A DNA stretch of 64,000 nucleotides from an uncultured Candidatus Saccharibacteria bacterium (GTDB lineage: Bacteria > Patescibacteriota > Minisyncoccia > Phycocordibacterales > UBA918): assembly GCA_964350735.1 (NCBI GenBank), contig CAYGKO010000001.1, positions 18,134-82,133 of the forward strand, given 5' to 3'. This document shows positions 9,458-18,202 of this stretch, in pieces. The position numbers and the translations under genes were made by a program. Below the pieces are notes generated by a model. The model saw nothing but the letters and a program-made list of their open reading frames with translations. It had not been told where the DNA came from and did no database searches. How positions within the stretch are numbered: the stretch's first letter is position 1; each line of letters begins with the position of its first letter.

Positions 9458-10855
9458 CTACTTCAGATAATTTACAAGCTCTTCAATAGCGACACGGGTC
9501 TGTTCTCCTGTATCTCGGTCACGGACCGTTACGGTATCTTTATTGGTCGGGTCTTCTTCCCCTAAGGTATCGAAATCGATCACGATGCAGTGCGGCGTAC
9601 CAATTTCGTCTTGGCGGCGATAGCGCTTTCCGACGTTGCCGTTATCATCCCAGGCGACGTTACCAAATTCTTTCTTGAGCGCAGTGAAAACTTCGCGGGC
9701 TTTCTCAACCAGCTGCGGCTTGTTCTTTAAGAGCGGTGAGACGGCCACTCGGTATGGAGCCAAGTCTTTATGGAGCTTGAGCACCGTACGAGTACCGCCA
9801 TCAATCTCTTCTTCATGATAGGCATCAGCAAGTACCGTCAAAAACATCCGCCCCAAGCCAACTGACGTCTCCAGAATCCATGGAATATAGCGTTCGTTGG
9901 TTTCTGGATCTAGGTACGTTAAATCAACACCAGAAAACTCCATATGTTGCTTCAGATCATAATCAGTTCGATCATGAATACCTTCTACCTCGTCCCAGCC
10001 TAGGCTCGGGAAATTGTATTCAATATCCCACGCATCTGAAGCATAGAAAACTAAGTTTTCATGCTGCTTAAAACGCAAGTTCTCTGGTTTTACACCAAGC
10101 GAGATATACCAGTCCATGCGCTCTTGCTTGATCTTCTCAAAGGCTTCTTTATTTTCGTTTGGCTTCACAAACGTCTGCGTATCAGCTTGCTCCAGTTCCC
10201 GCGTCCGGAAGAGGAAATTACGCGGTGAGATTTCGTTACGAAACGCCTTGCCAATCTGCACGAGCCCAAATGGTAGCTTTGGTGACATAGAATCCATCAC
10301 ATTCTTATAGTTGAGATAGATACCCTGACACGCTTCACCAGGTAAGTACACCGGATCGTTATCTTGATCAGTAAAATCGCCCAGGTTTGACTTCACCAGC
10401 AAATTAAAAGCTCGGACTGGAGTAAAGTTCCCTGACAAATTGTTGCGCTTAGCAATCGCGTCTTTATGTTCGTCGAACAAAGCCTGAAGATCTGCAACTG
10501 ACATCTTCTCATCTGCTGTGACTCCAACTGCTTCCAATTCTTTATCTACTCGTAAGCGGGTCTGGGTATCTCGACACTCAACAATCGGGTCGCTGAATCC
10601 AGACGTATGTCCACTCGCATCCCACACTCGGGGATGCTTAAACATTCCTGAATCAAGGCCAAAGTAATTTTCCTTATCGTAAACATTGGTTTTCCACCAC
10701 AATCGCTTTAGATTATTCAGTAGCTCAACTCCGTGAGGACCAAAGTCATACACACCGGCTAGCCCCCCATAAATCTCACTCCCTTGAAAGACAAAACCGC
10801 GTCGCTTGCAGAGCGAGACAATATTTTCCATCTTATTTTCAGTTTTATCAGTCAT
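9458..10855 (-). CDS. glyQS: Glycyl-tRNA synthetase (alpha2 type)
   Basis: 465 aa with the class II GlyRS motifs FRNEISPR and GLGRM. Confidence 0.85.
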   Translation of the reverse strand: MTDKTENKMENIVSLCKRRGFVFQGSEIYGGLAGVYDFGPHGVELLNNLKRLWWKTNVYDKENYFGLDSGMFKHPRVWDASGHTSGFSDPIVECRDTQTRLRVDKELEAVGVTADEKMSVADLQALFDEHKDAIAKRNNLSGNFTPVRAFNLLVKSNLGDFTDQDNDPVYLPGEACQGIYLNYKNVMDSMSPKLPFGLVQIGKAFRNEISPRNFLFRTRELEQADTQTFVKPNENKEAFEKIKQERMDWYISLGVKPENLRFKQHENLVFYASDAWDIEYNFPSLGWDEVEGIHDRTDYDLKQHMEFSGVDLTYLDPETNERYIPWILETSVGLGRMFLTVLADAYHEEEIDGGTRTVLKLHKDLAPYRVAVSPLLKNKPQLVEKAREVFTALKKEFGNVAWDDNGNVGKRYRRQDEIGTPHCIVIDFDTLGEEDPTNKDTVTVRDRDTGEQTRVAIEELVNYLK

Positions 10856-11005
10856 GGTTTTAGTGATTATGTAAATTCTATATTTTGCTAGTCATTCTGG
10901 AAAAATTGGATGAAGTACGAAGTACATGAGAAAAATAATTCGAGACGTACTAAGTGGTACGGTGAGAATTATTTTTTAAAGTGTACTGAAGTAATTCGCC
11001 GATTT

Positions 11006-12982
11006 TTACTGAATGACCCGGCCGTTGCCTTGCTGGTATCCCGCCTCTTGCGGCAACTCTGTCGTAACTGCCGCTCTTGTGGTGCGCACCGTACCACCAG
11101 TAAAGTCATCAGTTCCCCGGAATCGCTGCTCCCCGAGCAGTGTTGGTGTTGTACCAATTTGTGAGACACTTGGCAAGATTTTTACTTGAAATGATGAGAT
11201 GGCAGTATCATTTGCAGCAACGTCCCCCACTTTCCAAGTCATTACTCGAGACGTGCTGTTATACGACACCACTCCATCACCAGTTGGATTATCTTCAAAT
11301 GTTACATACGTTGGAACCGTTGCCGTTACTTCGCCACCAGAAATTTTGTTACTACCATTCTCAACTAAGAGTGAGATGGTGTAGGTTGTGGCTTCACCAG
11401 ACCGTGGTGGAACCGGACCACTACCAACAAAGCTGCCGACGTTAAAGCGTGAATCCGCCAAGAGCTTTGGTTCACTCGACACCTTTGCTACTCCAGTAGC
11501 GGTCCCGAGTAACTCCTCTGGTACACTCCGTTCTGACACTCGACGGGCTTTTACATTCACCAAGAAGTCGATCTGTGGAGTACGTGTAGCATCTGGCGCT
11601 GGTGCCAAACTAAACGTAAAGCGCGCTTTATCACCTGGCAACATTTGCTCTAAGTCTGGGTAGCGCGTCACGTCCCAAATGATCGTGTTGGTATTTGAGT
11701 CATAGAAGCCGTCATTCACATTAATATTAAGGTTTGAAATGGCATTGCCAGATAATTCTGCTGTAACAACACCATCGTAAACTGTATTATTGAGTGAATT
11801 TTCAATATCAATTGCCACAGTAATTGGCTGACCCGTTTCAATAACAGCGTTATTGCCACTGGAATCAATCGACAAATTAACATCAATAAATGGTCGCTCG
11901 ATTTCAAACTGAGTCGTCCCCGTAGTGAAGATAGAAGCGAGTACAAATGGCTCGCGCTCGTTGGGTACACCAACAGAGAAATTAGTTGCAAACTCATCAG
12001 TCTCGGTTCCCGATACAATACCCTTGAGAGAGATCTTAGTTGATTCACCTGGCTCGAGGGCTGAAATACTCCACGTACCGTTACCCGCTACCGGGTCTGG
12101 ATCTGCCGACACAAAATCAAAACCAGACGGATACTCAGCTTTGACGAGAATATCTGTCAGTGTTGTTGGAGCATTTGAAGTCACCGTGATATCCATTGTC
12201 GCTTCTTGACCTGAGGAAATCTTCTTCACGGAATCAACGCGCAATACTACCGGAGAGAAGCTAATCTTGAATCGTAGCGGATCTGCCTCCTTGAAGAAGG
12301 TTGCATTTGAACCCTCAACTCGGTACTCGATCGAAGCATTCACAATCTTCTCAGCATTCTCTTCTCCAAACACAACGGCCTTGAGTGGAATATTTAAAGT
12401 TTCTCCAGACCCAACTGTATCAAGTGGCAGGCGCTCAATATACAGCTCTTTCCCAGCTTCTGCCGCTGATTGTGTACCAAGCGGGTACTCTATGATTAAG
12501 GTAGCGGAATTGATCGAAACAGCATTTGCGTTAGTCACTCCAATTTGCAGCGGCAGCTCTTGCCCTCCCCCAACTGTAAATGGCCCGGTGATACTGATAG
12601 CGATGTTTTCGCCTGAAATACGGTTGTTGCCACCAAGTAAAAATACGCTCGATATAAGCACTGCTAAAACAAATAACCCAATTGCACCTAATACAATTTT
12701 TATTCGGTAGCTGCGCTTTTTCTGTTTACGATTCATAGCTAGTTCAGGCTCAGCTTGGATTTCCGCTACCAATCCTGGTTCCATAATGGTTGGCTCAGGA
12801 TCAGGTTCAATAATTGGCTCTGGCGGTTGTGCCCACGTTTCAGATACCTCAGGCTTTTCCGGTTCAACTGAAGGATGTGACGAAGAAATATCAAACGCTT
12901 TACGCTTTTCCATTTTATCACCTCGGGCATATAAACGACGACGCAAATCATCGATCCGATCTTGATCCTTAAAGTCCGACAT
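11006..12982 (-). CDS. Membrane-anchored cell-surface protein with repeated beta-sandwich-like domains (hypothetical)
   Basis: Cytoplasmic N-terminus, a single TM (IKIVLGAIGLFVLAVLISSVFLL), then about 500 aa of Thr/Ser/Val-rich repeats. Confidence 0.4.
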   Translation of the reverse strand: MSDFKDQDRIDDLRRRLYARGDKMEKRKAFDISSSHPSVEPEKPEVSETWAQPPEPIIEPDPEPTIMEPGLVAEIQAEPELAMNRKQKKRSYRIKIVLGAIGLFVLAVLISSVFLLGGNNRISGENIAISITGPFTVGGGQELPLQIGVTNANAVSINSATLIIEYPLGTQSAAEAGKELYIERLPLDTVGSGETLNIPLKAVVFGEENAEKIVNASIEYRVEGSNATFFKEADPLRFKISFSPVVLRVDSVKKISSGQEATMDITVTSNAPTTLTDILVKAEYPSGFDFVSADPDPVAGNGTWSISALEPGESTKISLKGIVSGTETDEFATNFSVGVPNEREPFVLASIFTTGTTQFEIERPFIDVNLSIDSSGNNAVIETGQPITVAIDIENSLNNTVYDGVVTAELSGNAISNLNINVNDGFYDSNTNTIIWDVTRYPDLEQMLPGDKARFTFSLAPAPDATRTPQIDFLVNVKARRVSERSVPEELLGTATGVAKVSSEPKLLADSRFNVGSFVGSGPVPPRSGEATTYTISLLVENGSNKISGGEVTATVPTYVTFEDNPTGDGVVSYNSTSRVMTWKVGDVAANDTAISSFQVKILPSVSQIGTTPTLLGEQRFRGTDDFTGGTVRTTRAAVTTELPQEAGYQQGNGRVIQ

Positions 12983-13000
12983 ATCGCATCAGTATAGCAC

Positions 13001-13573
13001 TTAGAGATGGCTAGCTTCCAGGCCGTCGCTGATGGCTTTTTGCGCCACAGCTGGTAAGACGACTACTTCTTTAAGCCACTCAGTGTCAGTTATATAGTCG
13101 GCGTATTCTGACCTACTAGCAATATACCCAAGTTCAGCCAAAAGCCGCAGCGTGAAATGATCAACGACGTGCGTAACATCCGCAGGGTCGACACGCGGGA
13201 GGTGCTGCAGCACCTCCCGCGTGTCGACATACACCGCAGTCACCACCTCCTCTCCTTGTACCAATCGCCGCAGCAGCTTAATGACCGAGGCCACCCCAGC
13301 CCGGGCCGGCTGCGTATCAGCAGCCAGAAAGGTATTCTTAATACTTTCCACACTCCCAATCCGCCAGCCAGTCTTGCCTTTCACCAACGAGACCCGAATC
13401 AATGAGAAGTCTTGCAAGGCGAAGCGTTGCTTCGAACGTTCCTCCCGCACACTGCGGGCCGTCGCCCACAACATCCCCGCCTCTTCCGTGAAGAGCAAGT
13501 ACGATCGGTCTGAGGTGTAGCTGTCACGACTCCCACACACGATTGCTTCAGTGGTGTAGGTACGATAGGCCAT
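13001..13573 (-). CDS. recO: RecO-like recombination mediator (short)
   Basis: The N-terminal OB-fold pattern resembles the RecO N-terminal domain, but at 190 aa it is shorter than canonical RecO. Confidence 0.35.
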   Translation of the reverse strand: MAYRTYTTEAIVCGSRDSYTSDRSYLLFTEEAGMLWATARSVREERSKQRFALQDFSLIRVSLVKGKTGWRIGSVESIKNTFLAADTQPARAGVASVIKLLRRLVQGEEVVTAVYVDTREVLQHLPRVDPADVTHVVDHFTLRLLAELGYIASRSEYADYITDTEWLKEVVVLPAVAQKAISDGLEASHL

Positions 13574-13575
13574 AG

Positions 13576-14109
13576 CTAGATTTCTTCAAAAATAAGATTC
13601 TCCGCGTCTTTTCGCACCTTTAGTGGATCAAACAATTTCGCGTGCATACAAATTGCTATCCGTGCTTCGGTAGTATTAAGCAGAATGCCAAGCGCTGCCC
13701 CCAGATTAATCGGCGCATCGCTACCAAGCACGGTCCACGGGAACATCGATCCGGTAATCAGAATTTGACTACCAGCTTTAATATCGTCACTCAGATGATC
13801 AACCAAATACTTGCCTGTTTCTGGCATAGTATACGTCCCGTGTGTCAGGATAAACTTTCGTACTCCAGCAGCATACTGCTTTTCAATATCGCGAACCATA
13901 GCCGCTCGGTCTTCTTCGGCAACATCACGACTATCTTTATGACAGACATTTGTTTCAGTATACTTCGCGTGAACTTTCAAACTTTGGGTAAGAAACTTAT
14001 CCAAGTTAATCATGTCTGGGAACATCTCAGCCAGTAGACCAATTTCGGCATACTCTGGAATACAACCACCAATAGTCCCACCCGTTTTTAAATGATGAAC
14101 AGTTTCCAT
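13576..14109 (-). CDS. Asparaginase/glutaminase N-terminal-domain-like protein
   Basis: HLKTGGTIGG and THGTYTM match the asparaginase family TGGTIAG and HGTDTM signatures. Only the N-terminal domain is present (177 aa). Confidence 0.5.
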   Translation of the reverse strand: METVHHLKTGGTIGGCIPEYAEIGLLAEMFPDMINLDKFLTQSLKVHAKYTETNVCHKDSRDVAEEDRAAMVRDIEKQYAAGVRKFILTHGTYTMPETGKYLVDHLSDDIKAGSQILITGSMFPWTVLGSDAPINLGAALGILLNTTEARIAICMHAKLFDPLKVRKDAENLIFEEI

Positions 14110-14110
14110 A

Positions 14111-17100
14111 TTATTGTTTCTGGAATGAAACGGTTAAAGAATGCTCACCAGCAACCACCTCTTCTCCTTCCGTTCGGTCAAACACGATCTCGTCTGCCCC
14201 GACGGTCTTTTGAATTTCAGCCCTAAAGGTTTCTACCACGGCTTCCCCACCATCGGAAGCTTGGACGGTGAGCACAATCCGGTCACTGGCTTCGAGCCCA
14301 GCTTGCTTGCGCATATTTTGCACGGCTCGGATAAACTCGCGGGCATCACCTTCAGTCTGGAGCTCCGGCGTGATGGTTGTATCGAGTACGACTATCTCGG
14401 CAAGGCCGGTATCAACAACTACATCTTTCACGTTCATTTCGTCAGCAATGATTTGTCGATACACTTCGTCCACTTCAGTTTGAATTGTGAGCAGACGAAG
14501 GGGTTGACGAACCTTCATCCCGGCCTTGGTACGTGCCTCAAGCGCGGCAGTAACGACTTCACGCACGGTTTGCATAGTGGCGATTATCTCAGCCTCCACT
14601 TCTCCTGCCTCTGGCCAGGCACTGAGATGCACACTTTCCGCCTGATCATCAGATCGAATCGCCCGCCAGAGATACTCAGCATAAAACGGCATACTTGGCG
14701 CCATTAGATGAGCCAACGTCTCGAGCGTGTAGCGCAAGGTAGCAATCGCTGCTGTACGATCCTCAACATCCCCTCCCTTGAGCCGATCTCGTGAGCGGCG
14801 CAGATACCACACGGATAAATCATCTACCAGGTCAGTAATTGGCCGCGTCGCTTTATCGAGCTCGTAGTTCTTAAAGCCCGCCGTGATCTCAGTGGTCGCT
14901 TCTGCGACCCGCGCCAGCATCCAACGATCCAACACATGAGTCGAATCTGATGCAGCTACTGTACCGTCGGCAAACATCTGGTACATCGCCAACACATTGT
15001 GCAATCGGCCAATGTTCTTTCGCTGTAGTTCAGTTACTTCTTTCTCAGAGAAGTTCAAATCCTCCCCTTTAATGATTGATGATGACAATAGGTAAAAACG
15101 CATCGCATCTGCTCCCTGTCGTTCAACCAGCTCTACCGGATCAGGATAGTTCTGTAGTGACTTACTCATCTTCTTACCATCTTCTGCTAAGACAAGACCA
15201 TTGGTAATCACATTCTTAAATGGTGACTTCCCAAATAAGGCGACGCCGAGCACGGTCAATGAGTAGAACCAGCCACGGGTTTGGTCCACTGCTTCGGAAA
15301 TAAAGTCAGCGGGGAATCGTACTCCATCTGCCATATTGGCGATATCAAGATTTTCAAATGGGTAGTGAGTTTCCGCATACGGCATCGAGCCACTCTCAAA
15401 CCAACAGTCAAACACATCCGGCACCCGTTCGAGCTGTACGCCGTCCTCTTCAAGGACCACATCATCAATATACGGTCGATGGAAATCGAGCTCGTATTTG
15501 TCGTTGTGCGGCAACGGCGCAAAGTCGAGCTCCCGGACTTCCGCATTCGCAAAACGCTTGCCATCAGCATCATGGTCAAAATCAGTTTCAGCCAACACGC
15601 TGCCGTGCGCGACAGCCGCTAGCATTCGCAGTGGTGAATTATGTGACACGATCAAAATCGTCTCCCCTTCATGAGCGGCTTCAATGTCATACAAGAATGA
15701 CCCCATGCGATCACGAACCGATGCCCATGACTCACCACCAGTTGGTGCACAATCACACCACTGTGCTCCGCTCGCCACAAAGGCTTGGTACTCAGCGTTG
15801 GGCTTACCCTCAAGCTCACCGAGTTGGATTTCTCCAATCCTCTCGTCATACACAAGAGCATCGTCTCCAAGACCCAAACCAGCACGCACCAACTCAGCTG
15901 TCGCCTTGGTGCGCTCAAATGGTGAGGCGATGATCTTCGTCACACCAGCGTCTTTAAGATGTTCGAGGGCTGAGTCAATCTGCTTCTTCCCCTTCTCAGT
16001 CAGTGGGTTAGCTCCAGCGATATCAGTCTGTACCACATCAGCGGCATTACTCTCACTCTCACCGTGGCGCATGGTAAAGAAGGTGTTGCCACGCTTTGGT
16101 ACGTAGACCTGCAGCTCGGCTAAAGAACCGAAGACTTTAAACGCTTTTGTTTCGGAATTTCGCCAGATCGGTAGCGGTGCTCCCCAGTAGCGTTGCCGGC
16201 TCACCGCCCAGTCACGAGCGCCTTCCAGCCACTTACCAAAGCGGTTCGTGCCGACATGCTCTGGCACCCACTTCACTTTATTATTTTCAGCCACCAGCTG
16301 ATCCTTGATCTTCGTCACCTCCACAAACCACGACGTGGTGGCGTAGTTCAAGAGTGGTGTATCACAACGCCAACAGTGCGGGTAGCTGTGCGTGATATTT
16401 TCTTTCTTCAAAAGTCGACCGTTTGCCTTCAGGGCTTTCACAATCTCGATATCAGCATCAAGGTGTGTCACTCCGGCTTCGTCATCATCTTTTGGTTTTA
16501 CGAGCTGTCCCGCGAAGTCAGTGATAAAGTCCTTAAAGTGTCCGGCTTCATCGACGTGGTGCACGATTGGTACGTTGTGCTCTTGCGCCAGACGCATATC
16601 GTCTTCACCAAAGGCTGGCGCTAAGTGCACCGCTCCCGTTCCTTCTTCGCCCAACTCAACGTAGTCAGCATGCAGAATCTGCCAGGCGTTTTCTTTACCA
16701 GCAAAGTCTTCTTCCTTCAGCCACGGGAATGGGGGTTCGTAACGTTGGCCGACTAATTCGGCTCCGGACAGTTCTCCAATCACTTCATACTCTAGGCCAT
16801 CAAGTTGCGACAAGCGCTCTTTCGCCAGGATTACAACTTCACTGTCTGCTTCAGTGGTGACACGCACCTTCGCATAGACATAGTCTTTATGCACAGCAGC
16901 CGCTAAGTTCCCTGGCATTGTCCATGGCGTGGTCGTCCACACCAAAAGTGACGCGTTGTCAGGGTCATCGAGTAGCGGCAGCTTCACTGTAATGGCGATG
17001 TCTTTAATATCTTTGTAGCCTTGGTTGACCTCAAAGTTCGACAACGTCGTCCCACACCGTGGACACAGATGCATCGTTTTGAAGCCTTCGTACACCAAAC

Positions 17101-17650
17101 CTTTCTCATGCAGCTGCTTAAAGACCCACCACACACTTTCGGTGTAGGTACTATCCATCGTCTTGTAGTCATCGTCCATGTCAACGAACCGTCCCATCTG
17201 CGGAATGATCCGACGCCAATCATCAGCGTACTCCATCACCGTGTCCCGGGCCTGTTCGTTGAAGTTCTTAATGCCGTACTCCTCAATGTCGCGCTTCGTC
17301 GCTAGACCAAGCTTCTTCTCGATCAGGTTCTCAAGCGGCAAGCCATGACAATCCCACCCCCACTTCCGCCGGACACGGTAGCCATTCATGGTCCAAAAGC
17401 GTGGCACCGCGTCTTTAATCGTCCCCGCTAAAATATGTCCGTAGTGCGGCAAGCCAGTCGCAAACGGCGGCCCATCATAAAAAACAAAATCCCCGACCGG
17501 CTCATTGCCCGCTGGAGTTTCTAAACTCTTTTTAAATACATCATGCTCCTGCCAAAACGCTAGTATCGTTTCTTCACGCAGCGCTACCTCACTCTTTTCA
17601 GTTGTTTCTATTTTAGTATTCATATTGTCTTTTGTATGCGTATCAGGCAT
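14111..17650 (-). CDS. ileS: Isoleucyl-tRNA synthetase (type 2-like) with inserted histidine phosphatase domain
   Basis: Carries the PPFATGLPHYGH (HIGH) motif, WTTTPWT editing domain, YPHCWRC and KMSKS. The 1179 aa length is explained by an inserted domain of about 190 aa. Confidence 0.9.
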   Translation of the reverse strand: MPDTHTKDNMNTKIETTEKSEVALREETILAFWQEHDVFKKSLETPAGNEPVGDFVFYDGPPFATGLPHYGHILAGTIKDAVPRFWTMNGYRVRRKWGWDCHGLPLENLIEKKLGLATKRDIEEYGIKNFNEQARDTVMEYADDWRRIIPQMGRFVDMDDDYKTMDSTYTESVWWVFKQLHEKGLVYEGFKTMHLCPRCGTTLSNFEVNQGYKDIKDIAITVKLPLLDDPDNASLLVWTTTPWTMPGNLAAAVHKDYVYAKVRVTTEADSEVVILAKERLSQLDGLEYEVIGELSGAELVGQRYEPPFPWLKEEDFAGKENAWQILHADYVELGEEGTGAVHLAPAFGEDDMRLAQEHNVPIVHHVDEAGHFKDFITDFAGQLVKPKDDDEAGVTHLDADIEIVKALKANGRLLKKENITHSYPHCWRCDTPLLNYATTSWFVEVTKIKDQLVAENNKVKWVPEHVGTNRFGKWLEGARDWAVSRQRYWGAPLPIWRNSETKAFKVFGSLAELQVYVPKRGNTFFTMRHGESESNAADVVQTDIAGANPLTEKGKKQIDSALEHLKDAGVTKIIASPFERTKATAELVRAGLGLGDDALVYDERIGEIQLGELEGKPNAEYQAFVASGAQWCDCAPTGGESWASVRDRMGSFLYDIEAAHEGETILIVSHNSPLRMLAAVAHGSVLAETDFDHDADGKRFANAEVRELDFAPLPHNDKYELDFHRPYIDDVVLEEDGVQLERVPDVFDCWFESGSMPYAETHYPFENLDIANMADGVRFPADFISEAVDQTRGWFYSLTVLGVALFGKSPFKNVITNGLVLAEDGKKMSKSLQNYPDPVELVERQGADAMRFYLLSSSIIKGEDLNFSEKEVTELQRKNIGRLHNVLAMYQMFADGTVAASDSTHVLDRWMLARVAEATTEITAGFKNYELDKATRPITDLVDDLSVWYLRRSRDRLKGGDVEDRTAAIATLRYTLETLAHLMAPSMPFYAEYLWRAIRSDDQAESVHLSAWPEAGEVEAEIIATMQTVREVVTAALEARTKAGMKVRQPLRLLTIQTEVDEVYRQIIADEMNVKDVVVDTGLAEIVVLDTTITPELQTEGDAREFIRAVQNMRKQAGLEASDRIVLTVQASDGGEAVVETFRAEIQKTVGADEIVFDRTEGEEVVAGEHSLTVSFQKQ
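15590..16110 (-). other. Phosphoglycerate-mutase-like histidine phosphatase domain inserted within IleRS
   Basis: FFTMRHGESESN ... SHNSPLRMLAAVAHG lies in frame between the WGAPLPIW and LDFHRPYIDD segments of IleRS. Confidence 0.55.
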
Positions 17651-17769
17651 AACGAGTAAAACAGCGTATCAGGCTGTGTATCGATAGTAGCATGAATTTT
17701 ACTTTTGAAAACAAACGACCGCGCTCAGCTAGAGCACGGTCCCAAACGGCAAGCCATCTTGCCATTTTT

Positions 17770-18033
17770 TTATCTATGACGCCAAAGTTGGTAGAAGGTG
17801 GCACCGATTGTCGATGAAAGTAGCACTGCTGCAATTACTGCGACAACCACAGAGAAGCAGATCGGAACAATGCAGTAAAGAAGCAGAAGAACTCCACAAA
17901 AGCTCGGTAACAACAATCCCGTATATGCTGGCTCAAGCAGCAGCTTGTCAAACCACTCAGCCCCAAATTGCAGGGTTGCATTTCCTACGCATACCAACCA
18001 AAAGAACCAGAAAATTATCTCCATAACATTCAT
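17770..18033 (-). CDS. Small hypothetical membrane protein
   Basis: 87 aa with three predicted hydrophobic helices. Confidence 0.3.
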   Translation of the reverse strand: MNVMEIIFWFFWLVCVGNATLQFGAEWFDKLLLEPAYTGLLLPSFCGVLLLLYCIVPICFSVVVAVIAAVLLSSTIGATFYQLWRHR

Positions 18034-18109
18034 CCTTCCGACCCCATGTCGGTTAAGAACGAAAATACGCTAAAAACTCTCTCTCTGCAAGCTTTACTCC
18101 CAAAATAAG

Positions 18110-18192
18110 AAACCCCAGCCAGCTAATTTTTGCAACCCGCAGCGGAATATTCAAAGCGAGGACCTTTTGTAAAAATTAGCTGGCTGGGGTTT
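18110..18192. repeat. 22-bp perfect inverted repeat (aaaccccagccagctaattttt / aaaaattagctggctggggttt) with 39-nt spacer
   Basis: Read directly from the sequence. Lies just downstream of the argS stop codon. Confidence 0.55.
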
Positions 18193-18202
18193 CTGGATAT
18201 AC

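Noticed and set aside
10910-11169. Small ORFs in the glyS upstream region
   Set aside because: These are overlapping opposite-strand 66-84 aa ORFs with Cys/Arg-rich translations. This is likely promoter or 5'UTR sequence plus the 3' end of the surface-protein gene.
15281-16106. Plus-strand ORFs (113-191 aa) antisense to ileS, and similar antisense ORFs within metG, glyS, argS, nrdA and others
   Set aside because: They overlap strongly conserved coding sequence on the other strand. They have His/Arg/Pro-rich low-complexity translations and no motifs. These are typical shadow ORFs.
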